From Octopus sinensis (Eukaryota), in contig NC_043012.1 in the NCBI RefSeq assembly GCF_006345805.1, positions 33,728,001 through 33,792,000 of the forward strand: 64,000 nucleotides of DNA. The letters are read 5' to 3'. Positions 37,163 to 49,286 of the stretch are shown here, piece by piece (position 1 is the stretch's first letter; the number at the start of each line of letters is the position of its first letter). The notes beneath the pieces were generated by a model. It did not search any database and was not told the origin of the DNA. It saw only the letters and a list, made by a program, of their open reading frames with translations. The position numbers were made by a program, and so were the translations under genes.

Positions 37163-37619
37163 CATGGAGTGTTTCTACTCCTGTTTGTTGAGCAACGAAG
37201 CAACAGGAGAAGACCCGCTTCTTATCTGGCATCTTATCAACTCGGCTGTTTTCAGCTGGCAGACGAGGACGCTGCTTAGCTTCAATACAGAAAGAACAAG
37301 AAAAATAGGACTATTTCTGTATTTGTTTTTTTTTCTTGCACAAGATTTCTGTTGAATCCCAGAGGTAAACCAACCCCCTCTTCTGCCATTTATTATTTCT
37401 CTCTCTCTCTCTCTCTCCCTCTCCCTTTGTCCCTCTCTATCCCCCCCTCTCTCTCTCTCTCGCTCTCTCACCCCTACGCTCTCGCCTCACGTTCTCTCGT
37501 TTAGTAAACACTGAGGAATTTGTCTGCCATTTTAGATGTAGTGAGCGAAGAGCTTTCATAAACTATTAAACAGACGTCACAATGTGTCAAGGTCAGCACT
37601 AACAGAGAAACACACAAAC

Positions 37620-37645
37620 ACACACGTAGTACGTACGCATGTGTG

Positions 37646-37703
<58 letters not shown>

Positions 37704-37716
37704 CATACATACACAT

Positions 37717-37752
<36 letters not shown>

Positions 37753-37775
37753 GTGTCTGTATGTATGTATATGTA

Positions 37776-37840
<65 letters not shown>

Positions 37841-37843
37841 ATG

Positions 37844-37875
<32 letters not shown>

Positions 37876-38370
37876 TGTATGTATGTATGTATGTATGTAT
37901 ATGTATGTATGTATTTATGTATGTATGTACATCCACTATGCATATGTATATATAATGATATAGGTATGTGTGTGTTTATATATGTGTATAGATGTGTGTG
38001 TGTGTGTGTGGTGTGTGTGTGTGTGTGTACGTGCCTGAATGTCTGTGTGTATATGATTGTAAACTCTGTAAGACGATCACCAGCAGTTGTGACATTGAAA
38101 CGCTTTCTATCTTTTTACTTTCTCTCACTTTCATTTGTTTCTCTGCCACACGCACGTACACACACACACACATGCCCACACACACACACCAACACATGCA
38201 CACACACACACACACACATGCCCCCACACACACACCAACACATGCACACACACACACACACATGCCCCCACACACACACCAACACATGCACACACACACA
38301 TGCCCCACACACACGCACGCACACATGCACACACACACACACGCACGCACACATGCACACACATACATAC
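37620..38370. repeat. Compound (TG)/(TA)/(TATG)/(CA) microsatellite and CA-rich minisatellite
   Basis: Direct reading. Confidence 0.95.
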
Positions 38371-38761
38371 GAACACCGCCATTTACAGATACAGACGACT
38401 TGCATTCTTGTAGTCACAACATTCTACGCAACTTGTTCATTCACTCATTCACTCTCGTAAACATGAGTATTCCCATAGACAGTCACCCACACAGCGTAGA
38501 CAGAGGGTTGTTGACTTATATATATATATATATACACACACACACTCACTCACTCACACACTCACACACGCATATATATATATGTTACCCTTGTTTCTTT
38601 TTGTCTTGTGTTTTTGCAAGAAACTTAATGTAAAACCGTGTGTTGAAACCGATGCAGTTATACTTTGAGATGGTTCATTCTGCCACTGAACACATTCGCT
38701 GATTGTACCCCGCTTCATGTATATCATTAACTAATCAATTAATTAGTTATTGATTAGGAAT

Positions 38762-40172
38762 CTAGTTCGCAAAATATGCATCTTTTAAAAGGAAGTAAAA
38801 AATCTGAAAATCGGCTTTAATAATGCAGCCTTTCAACTTCATTGCTGTGAAGTTATGCTGTTGTGGAGAAAAAAATTGGAGAAATAGATTACAGAGGTTT
38901 AAAAATCGAAAAAAAGTGGGTACTTTTAGCCAATAGCGAGCGAGACAGGAATTTTCTGCGTTTCGCGGAGTGGTGTCAACTTTAAGGTTGTACCCTGTGA
39001 AATTTATAGTTTATAGTTTGACCTGTTTGTTGTAGATTTCTAAATAAACTGAAATACCTAATAAAATCAACGTGTATCATCTTGCTGATTCTTTTGTCTC
39101 TTCATTGCTTGGGTTCTTACCATTTTTTAAAAATTTGGTGTATTTATATATTTGTCTGTATGTGTTTACTTTATGAGCACTTCAGTATTATGTATACCTG
39201 CCATGTATTTATGTGCATCATTAACATATAAGCGCACGTGTGTGTTTGTGTCTCAAAAAATTCAAAGTTGAGTAGCGTTTTCATGCTTGAATTTGTAAAG
39301 TACGATAAGAATAACACCGGTCAACAAAGAATTTGTCCCAAGGAAAAGAATTCCTGTATCTTATATCTTTTTGCATGTAGAATTCAAAAATAATGTCAAA
39401 TTATCTGTATCACCCACAGTTTCTCTGTTCCACGATATCCCTTTCAGTTCCTGTTATGTGTGCTAGATTTCAGTTAAGCTATTGAACTGTGGAACTAACG
39501 GCTTAAGAAATACTCCTAGTTTAAATTTTTATGAATAGAATTAACCTAGTGACATCATAATTCCAGCTATCTGAGTCAATGAGTCCCAAAAATATATGAA
39601 ATTAAAAATATGTATCTTATATCTTTTTGCATGTAGAATTCAAAAATAATGTCAAATTATCTGTATCACCCACAGTTTCTCTATTCCACGATATCCCTTT
39701 CAGTTCCTGTTACGTGTGCTAAATTTCAGTTAAGCTATTGAACTGTGGAACTAACGGCTTAAGAAATACTCCTAGTTTAAATTTTTATGAATAGAATTAA
39801 CCTAGTGACATCATAATTCCAGCTATCTGAGTCAATGAGTCCCAAAAATATATGAAATGAAAAATATGTAAAAATACTAACACAGAAAAATACTAACGCA
39901 CAGAAGCACAGAAAAATATGTAATACACTAACACACGTAGACAACAGCAGCACAGAAAACAGTGAACCACAACACAGTGTGCGATTGTCATGGTAACAAG
40001 CTGCTGATGCCACTCTGTCTGTTGATTGGCTAAAATTACCCGAATTTCCCAACTTTAATTCCAAATAACATCAGATCTTTTTTAATATACGAGATAAAGT
40101 AATTGGTTGATCAATACACCAAAATTGAAAGCAATCTGAGCAAAATTAAGCGGGGTTCATTCTGCGAACGAG
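38762..40172 (-). mobile_element. Non-autonomous DNA transposon (short TIR core TTCGCAAAAT) with internal 256-bp tandem duplication
   Basis: ctagttcgcaaaat / attctgcgaacgag ends; homologous to 55483-56510; duplication 39355-39870. Confidence 0.7.
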
Positions 40173-40227
40173 AAGGACTAGATCTTTGATTTGTCCCTTT
40201 CAGTGATTTCAATGATTTCCCATTCTC

Positions 40228-40605
40228 TTTTACTCTTTTACTTGTTTCAGTCATTTGACTGTGGTCATGCTGGAGCACCGCCTTTAGTCGAGCTAATCGA
40301 CCCAGGACTTATTCTTTGTGCTTATTCTATCGGTTTCTTTTGCCGAACTGCTATGTTAAGGGAACATAAACACACCAGCATCGGTTTCAAGTGATGTTGA
40401 GGGGACAAACAGACACACATATGCACACACATATACATATATACGACGGGCTTCTTTCAGTTTCCGTCTACCAAATCCACTCACAAGGCTTTGGTCAGCC
40501 CGAGGCTATAGTAGAAGACACTTGCCCAAGGTGCCACGCAGTGGGACTGAACCCGGAACCATGTGATTCGTAAACAAGCTACTTACCACACAGCCACTCT
40601 TACGC
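40228..40605 (-). mobile_element. SINE family A
   Basis: Full length. Confidence 0.92.
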
Positions 40606-40834
40606 CTATTCTGTAACTGATTTTATAATCGTTATTTTTGTCTTTATTTTCTCAAACATCAATATCTGCCGCCATGTCTCTGTTTTTTCATTGCGTCCAT
40701 TTCGTTTCATTTCATCTATTTTATTATCATTTGCATTTTGTTTCAGCTCACATGTGGGTGCGTCTAGTTTATAAGTTGTGTTTGAATGTAAGCGTAGTTT
40801 ATTGATCGTTTGTGTATTGTTTTATTCTTTTATC

Positions 40835-41162
40835 ACTTTAATTGCTTCAGTCATTTGACTGCGGCCACTCGGAACTTATTCTTTGTAAGCCTAATAATTA
40901 TTCTATCGTTCGCTTTTGCTGAACCACTAAGTTAAACACGTCAGCATCGGTTGTCAAGCGATGGTGGGGAGACAGACACAAGGACACACACGCATCACAT
41001 ATATGACGGGCTTCTTTCAGTTTCCATCTACCAAATCCACTCGCCAGGCTTTGGTCAGCCCGAGGCTATAGCAGAAGACATTTGCCCAAGGTGTCACGCA
41101 GTGGGACTGAACCCAGAGCCATGTGGTTGAGAAGCAAGCTTCTCTACACACAGCCACACCTG
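40835..41162 (-). mobile_element. SINE family A, older copy
   Basis: Head to tail with deletions. Confidence 0.88.
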
Positions 41163-41312
41163 CGCTTCTGTGTGTGTTTGTGTGCAGATATGTGGTTTGT
41201 GCACGTGCAGGTGTGTGTTGTGGTGGTTGTCTATAGTGAATAATAATCCTACATTGTCATCGTTCTTGAGTTACTGTGATAGCATCCGTGGTTGTTACGG
41301 TTACTCCACTCA

Positions 41313-41535
41313 AGGCGGCGAGCTGGCAGAATCGTCAGCGCGCCGGGCGAAATGCTTTGCAGTATTTCGTCTGCCGCTACGTTCTGAGTTCAAATTCCGC
41401 CGAGGTCAACTTTGCCTTTCATCCTTTCGGGGTCGATTAAATAAGTACCAGTTACGCACTGGGATCGATATAATCGACTTAATCCGTTTATCTATCCTTG
41501 TTTGTCCTCTCTTGCGGGTAGTAAAGACATAGGTT
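41313..41535 (+). mobile_element. SINE family B
   Basis: Full head and core. Confidence 0.9.
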
Positions 41536-42507
41536 ACTCCACTCATTGAGCGATTATTATGAAAAGTTATATCCATTTAGGAAAAGTCTACTTACCAACA
41601 GCTACTGAGTACCCATAATCCAATCACAGATAAAATGGAAAAAGTAGGGATTAACTATCATATAAGGTTCGTGGAAAGACTGTGGACACTACAGCAATGT
41701 ATTAAGGACGAACAACCCATAGCATAGGAGAAAGAATGGCGATGAAAAAAACATCGATATTTTACCAATATATGATGAATCAATAAATAATCTTTCTATT
41801 CATTTAAAAGATTTTATACTTTAACAAGTGATATACAGACTGAGGGGAGATTCTGAACCCCCAATAATAATACAAAAACAAGTAATCACGTATAGTAACT
41901 ACAATGCTCCCTATTCGTATTGGGTCCAAATGCGTGGCCCCACTATCATCTTAGTATATCTCATGGCGAATGCACAGCCTTAGTTATAGTAAGAATATTA
42001 GGATCGCAAATAAAAGACTTGCTTTTCTCTTCGCCGCTAGAAACATTTTATCTCCGTCAGCTGCTTACAAAGCTCGGCTGAGGCTCTCAATAGGTTACTA
42101 CTCCAACATTTAGGACACTGATGTTGCACTACACACACGCACACTCCCGCGCGTGCTCACACTCACACGCAAAAATATATACGAATACATATCCTAGACT
42201 GCATCCAGCGAAAGGCCACTTAACTGATTCACACGATAAACTTCCGGTCCATTGACGGCAGCTAAAACATCCTCTTCCATTACCCAGTATCTCTAAACTC
42301 GGGACACTCCTCATTAATACTTTCAGTGAATTCCTTCCTCGAGCGATGAAGTCTTAATTTAGAAAGATTTATCAAAATTTTTTGTTTTGCGTGAGTTTAG
42401 TCACGTCCAGAACTATTTTGTACACTGACAAACAAAACTGACATTCTCGAAACTAATTTTGCTTACATTTCTCCGTGATATATAATGCGAATCCTGCTGC
42501 TGCTGCT

Positions 42508-42890
42508 TGTTTGTTTGTTTGTTGAGCGAAGCGGTCTTCGTCCCAGAGCTCACAAGTAGTGGGAGAAGTCCGAAACGTGGTCCTTTGCTATTCGTAAGAC
42601 CCGCAGAAGAGAAAGCAGGTCAACCCCCGACACCGAGAGCATCGACGGATGGATGAATGCGCATCCAGGCTCAGCGGTTGCGTAGGAAGTCGGGGACAAG
42701 AAACAGGAAGAAAGAGTGAGAGAAAGTTGGAGCGAAATAGTACAACAGGGGTCACCACCACCCCCTACCGGAGCCTCGTGGGGCTTCAGGTGTTTTCGCT
42801 CAATAAACATACACAACGCCCGGTCTGGGAATCGAAACCGCGATCCTTCGACCGCGAGTTCGCTGCCCTAACCATTAGGCCATTGCACCT
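42508..42890 (-). mobile_element. SINE family C, long form
   Basis: Reverse complement of 5359-5759. Confidence 0.88.
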
Positions 42891-43382
42891 CCACTGCTGC
42901 TGCTGCTGCTCTTGTTGTCGTTATTGTTGTTGTTAGTAGCACTCTTACCAGATTTTGCAAATCAGTTCTTGCAATGTCCCTACAACAATAATAATCGTTC
43001 GTTCGGTTTGTAATGTGTTTGCGTATTTCATAAAGGCCGGGTCTGGCGCACTGTCGAAGACGTTGGTTTCCTTTCAATAAAGTTCACCATGGGCCTCACC
43101 CGTCTCTCAGCTGCATGTCTTTCTCTTTGGTGATCTTACCTGTTTACGGTGTGAGCCGATGGCTTTGACGATTGGTCTGCTCCATTTGGTCTGTGCTGAG
43201 GCCAAACACCCCCAGCAATAACAACACACACATACACACACACACACTCACACATACGCATATACACATATACACACACTGCACCTTACGCTCTCCTCCT
43301 TCTCCTCCTCTAACAACAACAACAACACCCCCACCATCTCCAGCATAAGCTTCCTTCACTCACTTTGTCTTCTTCACGCCAG

Positions 43383-43420
<38 letters not shown>

Positions 43421-43948
43421 CTCCGCTCCATCTTTCTCTTCTCACCTCATCTCTTCCACTTTCACCGCCACCCCCACCATCTTTTCGCGCCTCTACCATC
43501 ACCGCTACCATCACCCGTCCTTTTTCTTCATTCCCTCTTCCTGTTACTCTTCCTGCTCTTCCACGTTCACCTAGTACCAACGGCGGAGAGTCAGCCAGCC
43601 AACCAGCCAACCAGCCAGCAAGCGAGACACCCACTCACCTCCTTAGCTTACCTACCCACCCAGCCTTCCACCCAGCCGTCCACCCAGCCGCCTACACATC
43701 AACCTAAGCACCCAACAAATACAATATCACCAACAGCAACAACAACAACAACAACAACAAAAACAACCTCTTACGTCAATAACATACATTACAAAGACAA
43801 CGGTAAAACAATAAGGTAAACAACATTGCCCCCACCCCTCCTACAGCCTCACTCCCCCACACACACACACAAAATAAACAAAACACGAAAGAGCCTCTGA
43901 TGGGTCAAGTGATCAGCTAGAAAAAGCAGCCATTCATATTCCGACAAA

Positions 43949-44013
<65 letters not shown>

Positions 44014-44029
44014 GAGCACTTATTCTTTT

Positions 44030-44453
44030 ATTTTTGTCATTTGTTTCAGTCATTTGACTGTGACCATGCTGGAGCACCACCTTGAAGTGTTTTTCTCGAA
44101 CAATTCATCCCCAGGACTTATTTTTTTAAGTGCTATCAGCCTCTTTGCTGAACCGCTAAGTTATGGTGACGTAGACACACCAACACCGGTTGTCAAGCGA
44201 TGAAGGGGAACAAACACAGACACATACACACACACGCAGATATACATACACCCACATACATGCATATATATATATATAGGCGTAGGAGTGGCTGTGTTGT
44301 AACTAGCTTGCTTACGAACCACATGGTTCCGGGTTCAGTCCCACTGCGTGGCACCTTAGGCAAGTGTCTTCTGCTATAGCCTCGGGCTGACGAAAGCCTT
44401 GTGAGTGGATTTGGTAGATGGAAACTGAAAGAAGCCCGTCGTATATATGTATG

Positions 44454-44486
<33 letters not shown>

Positions 44487-44675
44487 TTGTGTGTCTGTGT
44501 TTATCCCCACAACATCGCTTGACGACCGATGCTGGTGTGTTTACGTCCCCGCAACTTAGCAGTTCGGCAAACGAGATCGATAGAATAAGTCCTGGGATTG
44601 ATTTGCTCGACTAAAGGCGGTGCTCCAATATGGTCACAGTCAAATGACTGAAACAAGTAAAAGAGTAAAAGAGTA
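44030..44675. mobile_element. Two SINE A copies back to back: 3' half on minus (44030-44279), full copy on plus (44280-44675)
   Basis: Both carry core and tail in opposite orientation. Confidence 0.88.
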
Positions 44676-44713
44676 TTATATTATATATATATATGAACAT
44701 ATATATATATATA

Positions 44714-44798
<85 letters not shown>

Positions 44799-45205
44799 TA
44801 TATAAGCACTCGCTTGACTAACAGGGACGCAAGCTCCTGCCTCCCTTGTCAGTCATTAAGATAGTGCTTCTGTGGCAATTGAGTTGTTTTGACTCTTATT
44901 TCTAGCAACGCTGGTACTGCTTAGTAACCCTCTGTCACATTAGTGACGTCTATAAATTTGACTTTAGTTTGTTAAATTGCTAATAAGCTACCCATATCAT
45001 CTGCGTGTGTGTGTGTGTGTATATGTGCCTCGAAGCTTCTAGCTCCGGCATTTGAAACTCTGAGTTCTATTATGACAACTTACTGATTGTCTTATACTAT
45101 ACTATATATATGTATGTATAAGGATGAAAAAGAACACACGAGTTTATATATATGAAAAAACAAATCAAGATAGAAAATGCTAAAATAATTTTATAACGAA
45201 CATTT

Positions 45206-45241
45206 CAGTACCGGTTTCAGTCATTGTGACCTTTTCAACTG
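45206..45241 (-). ncRNA. Minimal hammerhead, U3-A8 variant
   Basis: CAG-TTGAAAA-GGTC-acaat-GACT-GAAA-CCGG-TA-CTG. Confidence 0.68.
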
Positions 45242-45460
45242 TAACAATTGAATAATTAAATTTAGAAAAATTGTGAATTTTAGGTAGGGACTACCAAGAA
45301 TTCATAACGACCTCGAACCTACAAGAGTAAACAAGAGTAAACAAGAGAGACAGAGAAAGGCAGAAACAAGGAAAATGCCACTTGTATTTGAATACTATGC
45401 AAATATTCCTTTAAAAAAACTTTTCTTTTAATTTTTCAAAATTTAATTATTTAATTGTTA

Positions 45461-45496
45461 CAGTTGAAAAGGTCTCAATGACTGAAACCGGTACTG
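45461..45496 (+). ncRNA. Minimal hammerhead, U3-A8 variant
   Basis: CAG-TTGAAAA-GGTC-tcaat-GACT-GAAA-CCGG-TA-CTG. Confidence 0.68.
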
Positions 45497-45579
45497 AAAT
45501 GTTCTTTATAAAATTATTTTAGCATTTTCTATCTTGACTTTTTTTTCATATATATATGTAGATATATATATATATATAT

Positions 45580-45656
<77 letters not shown>

Positions 45657-45804
45657 GTATGTGTGTGTATATGTATATATATACACACACATACACACAC
45701 ACACACACACACACGCACAAGAGTTAAAGAATGGAATTGATAAGATCCTGGTTGCTTGAAGCTACCGTTCTTCCTACACCTCGATCCTTGGATCTTATAT
45801 ATAG

Positions 45805-45939
45805 AGTCAAAACTATTGAAATGGTTGCAAGACGCAACGAAAATTTTAGAAAAATAAAAAAAGAAACAAGTGGGAATTTTACCGGTGAGTGTGTTAAGTT
45901 ATAAGGCACCAAAAGAGAATGACTCTCCCCAGACACACA
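45805..45939 (+). mobile_element. PLE-like terminal fragment, same family as 34452-34584, cut by gap
   Basis: ctattgaaatggttgcaagacgcaacgaaaattttag...gactctccccagacac. Confidence 0.65.
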
Positions 45940-46039
45940 NNNNNNNNNNNNNNNNNNNNNNNNNNNNNNNNNNNNNNNNNNNNNNNNNNNNNNNNNNNNN
46001 NNNNNNNNNNNNNNNNNNNNNNNNNNNNNNNNNNNNNNN
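45940..46039. other. Assembly gap (100 N)
   Basis: Run of N. Confidence 1.
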
Positions 46040-46232
46040 GCTTTATTTAAAAGCAGCAGAAAATCAACAAACCTGTTTGTTGAATTCTGGTGCTTTTAAA
46101 TAAAATATATAGAGTACGTAAATAAAGTAGATATAGATATATATATAGATTATATAGATATAGTATAGATATATACTTTATTACGTTAATATATATAGGA
46201 TATATATAGATGTGTATATGTATATTAATAGG

Positions 46233-46264
<32 letters not shown>

Positions 46265-46271
46265 AATTATC

Positions 46272-46307
<36 letters not shown>

Positions 46308-46315
46308 GTATATAT

Positions 46316-46364
<49 letters not shown>

Positions 46365-46539
46365 ATAGATATATTATATATATATATATATATATAAAAG
46401 CAATAAAGATTCAAGTCAATTTAAGAATTTACTTGAATATGGTACCTAACTTAGATGCACCAAAAAACTATACGGTTTTAACCATACAGTAATGTGGGGG
46501 GATTATAAGCGAGAAAAGAAGCAACAAGAATGGATAAGT

Positions 46540-46630
46540 TTTTAGTACAATCGTTTCATACAAAGACAGGCTTTATTAAAAGTTGCAAAAATTGCAGCAT
46601 ATAAACGTGTCCCGTACTCATCAGCTAAAA
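46540..46630 (-). ncRNA. Type I hammerhead ribozyme with long stem II
   Basis: TTTTAG-CTGATGA-GTAC...GTAT-GAAA-C-gatt-GTA-CTAAAA. Confidence 0.8.
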
Positions 46631-47238
46631 TACATGTGAGTTCTCTAGACATCTTAGTGGTTGAGGCTATACTCATGAAGTAATGTAGATAATTAAGTAA
46701 CATAAACAGATTTCCAAAGTTCATTAAAGTTCTTTAAAGATGCTACAGTCTCTTGAAAATAGCAGTAATGTGATTAATGTGACAAATACCTAATCATATA
46801 GCAAGAATTGATACCTACCTCATTGTGTTCAACCATTGATAAATTTATCGTCTGTGAATATGAAAATTCCTCTTCATTTCTCTGGAAATTTACATCTACA
46901 CCATTGGAAATGTGCACCTATACAAAGGATTAATTCACCCTCTCTGTAATGCTAATAAGCAGGAATTGATACCCACCTCGTTGTGATTAGCCATGGATAA
47001 ATTTGTCGTCTGTGAGTATGTAATCCCTCATCATATCTCTGGAAATTCATATGTACACTATGGATTAAGTCACATTCTCGTGATGCTATTAAAACTTTTT
47101 TAAAAATCTGTGATAAGACTGTGCATCATCTTTAAAGAACTTTAATGAACTTTGGAATCTGTTTATGTTACTTAATTATCTACATTACTTCATGTAGTAT
47201 AGCCTCAACCACTAAGATGTCTAGAGAACTCACATGTA

Positions 47239-47329
47239 TTTTAGCTGATGAGTACGGGAACTCGTTTATATGCTGGAATGTTTGCAACTTTTAATAAAGC
47301 CTGTCTTTGTATGAAACGATGTACTAAAA
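47239..47329 (+). ncRNA. Type I hammerhead ribozyme with long stem II
   Basis: TTTTAG-CTGATGA(47245-51)-GTAC...GTAT-GAAA-C-gat-GTA-CTAAAA; predicted cut after 47323. Confidence 0.8.
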
Positions 47330-47395
47330 AACTTATCCATTCTTGTTGTTCTATATATACATCTATATATCTAATCTCTATTGATATATATATAT

Positions 47396-47429
<34 letters not shown>

Positions 47430-47461
47430 CATATATGTATATTATATATATATATAATAGA

Positions 47462-47493
<32 letters not shown>

Positions 47494-47759
47494 ATAGTAT
47501 ATATATATTCTATATATATATATATTATATATATAATAATATCTAATATTTGGACTAAAGGCGATGCCCAGCATGGCCGCAGTCAAATGACTGACCTGAA
47601 ACCAAGGAAAAGTGTGTAAGTGTATAACTGTATGTATACATGCAGACATAAACATAGAGAGAGATGTGTGTATGAATGTATGCATGTATGTATGTATGTA
47701 TTATACACATACATACATACATACATACATACATACATACATACATACATACATACATG

Positions 47760-48090
47760 CGTCTGATTCCCTAAGTTATCTTCACCTATTTTCAAGGGCA
47801 TGGCATCGTTGTCGTCGTCGTGACGGCGGGGATTGAGGGGGAGGCTGTGCCAGCGGCGGGTGGTGGAGATGGTGGAGATGGTAGTGATAGTATATTTTAA
47901 CCCCCAAAACAACCAATGTACACCCCTCACCCCACTATAGCTACAATATTATTAGACAGAATTCATTGAAAGAAACGGGGTTCTTAGTTTCAGCCTGTCT
48001 CTTATAGCAAAATGTCCCTTCCTGCTTTCAGAGTGATGTAACTGACATATATATTGACCAATCACAGACAGCGAAACTTCCCAAGTAGGG
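47760..48090. repeat. Interspersed repeat shared with 54120-54495, each preceded by a tetranucleotide array
   Basis: cattgaaagaaacggggttcttagtttcagcc...gaccaatcacagacagcgaaact in both. Confidence 0.75.
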
Positions 48091-48499
48091 GGTAGGGTGA
48101 GAATTCGGTGGGTTTCTGCTTATCTTCGATACTTGATCCCGTTGTATCCAATTGTAGCGGTTGTTATTGCTGCTTGTCTTGCATTATTCATTGATCGAAA
48201 TGATTTCGGTCAGATTTGGCTGCTATGTCTAGCATGTTCAACTACCACGTAGATTTGCCATATCACGTTGTTGCTGTTGTGGTGCTGGTAGTGGTAGTAG
48301 TGGTGGTAGAATGTGTTTCTTGAGAAAATTCTGTAGTTTGTAACATATTTGTTGTGTAATTTCTTGCATTTCGGCAATTTCAACCAATCAATGACGTCTA
48401 TTGAGGTGAAAACGATTTCTGCCGTAACATCACCTAGTTGTCCGGATGCTTTGCGTTCTTGTTCCATTTTGTATTTTATATATTATATATATATATTAT

Positions 48500-48980
48500 A
48501 TATATAGGTAAACAGTAAAATAATTACAGACCATGGACAAGAACATGAAACACCACAGAGAGACGACACAAGAACCACAGGATACGGGACATTCGAAGCC
48601 CTCAGTCATCAGTCAAGAACCAGATCATCTTAGCAATTTCGGCTGATTAATCTTGAGATTGCTCCGATATGGCCAGCCCGCCAAGGGAAATCTAAGCCAA
48701 GCGCATTTAGATCCCCTGAAGAAAGCTTCGAATGTATACAACGAAAGGACGGAAAACGAACGAGTACACAACAAAAATAACAGAATACGTGACCCAATAA
48801 GAATACAAAAACGTAAAAAACAATAACGGTAAAAATAAAAAATAAACAACAAAACACAAACCAGGACGTAGGACAAGGGTCTTTCGACAGGACGAGTTGA
48901 GTATGGGGCTGGCTTGTGAAGTTGTGCCTAAAGGCCACGGGGAGACGAACAAATACGTGTTGCTTTGCGGCTGCTGAAAA
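48500..48980 (-). mobile_element. TA-flanked structured repeat, related to 30890-31000 and 62950-63075; probably PLE terminus
   Basis: Shared cagccgaaattgc...gatctggttcttgactga.ga...ggcttcgaatg motif. Confidence 0.45.
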
Positions 48981-48990
48981 CGAAAGAGCG

Positions 48991-49034
<44 letters not shown>

Positions 49035-49246
49035 ATATATATATATGGACCTCGTGAAGACTACTGCAATTTTTTCCTCTGGCCTCCCGTCTCGGGATCT
49101 TTCTTTCTCCTTTGTTTCAACGGACGAAAGAGCTCCGCTCGAAACGTCACACCCTCCTTTTCCATTTTCCTGCAGCGCCTAAGAATAATAATACTGTAAT
49201 TGTTCCACGTGTTGTGTTTTTTCTGTTTGTCCCGTTTGGATTATTA

Positions 49247-49281
<35 letters not shown>

Positions 49282-49286
<5 letters not shown>

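Larger units (their letters stand above)
45146..45556. mobile_element. Inverted pair of PLE termini (45146-45272 and 45430-45556), each with a U3-A8 minimal HHR
   Basis: Arms are near reverse complements; both end in TA runs; spacer encodes ETRKMPLVFEYY, PLE linker-like. Confidence 0.75.
46395..47352. mobile_element. PLE-type insertion with roughly 245-bp inverted arms, each with a canonical HHR
   Basis: 46521-46765 vs 47110-47349; TA runs both sides; spacer has two diverged roughly 170-bp copies. Confidence 0.8.

Noticed and set aside
46105-46395. Irregular interruptions and local symmetry in (TA)n runs
   Set aside because: (TA)n is self-complementary and error-prone in long reads, and this run adjoins a gap
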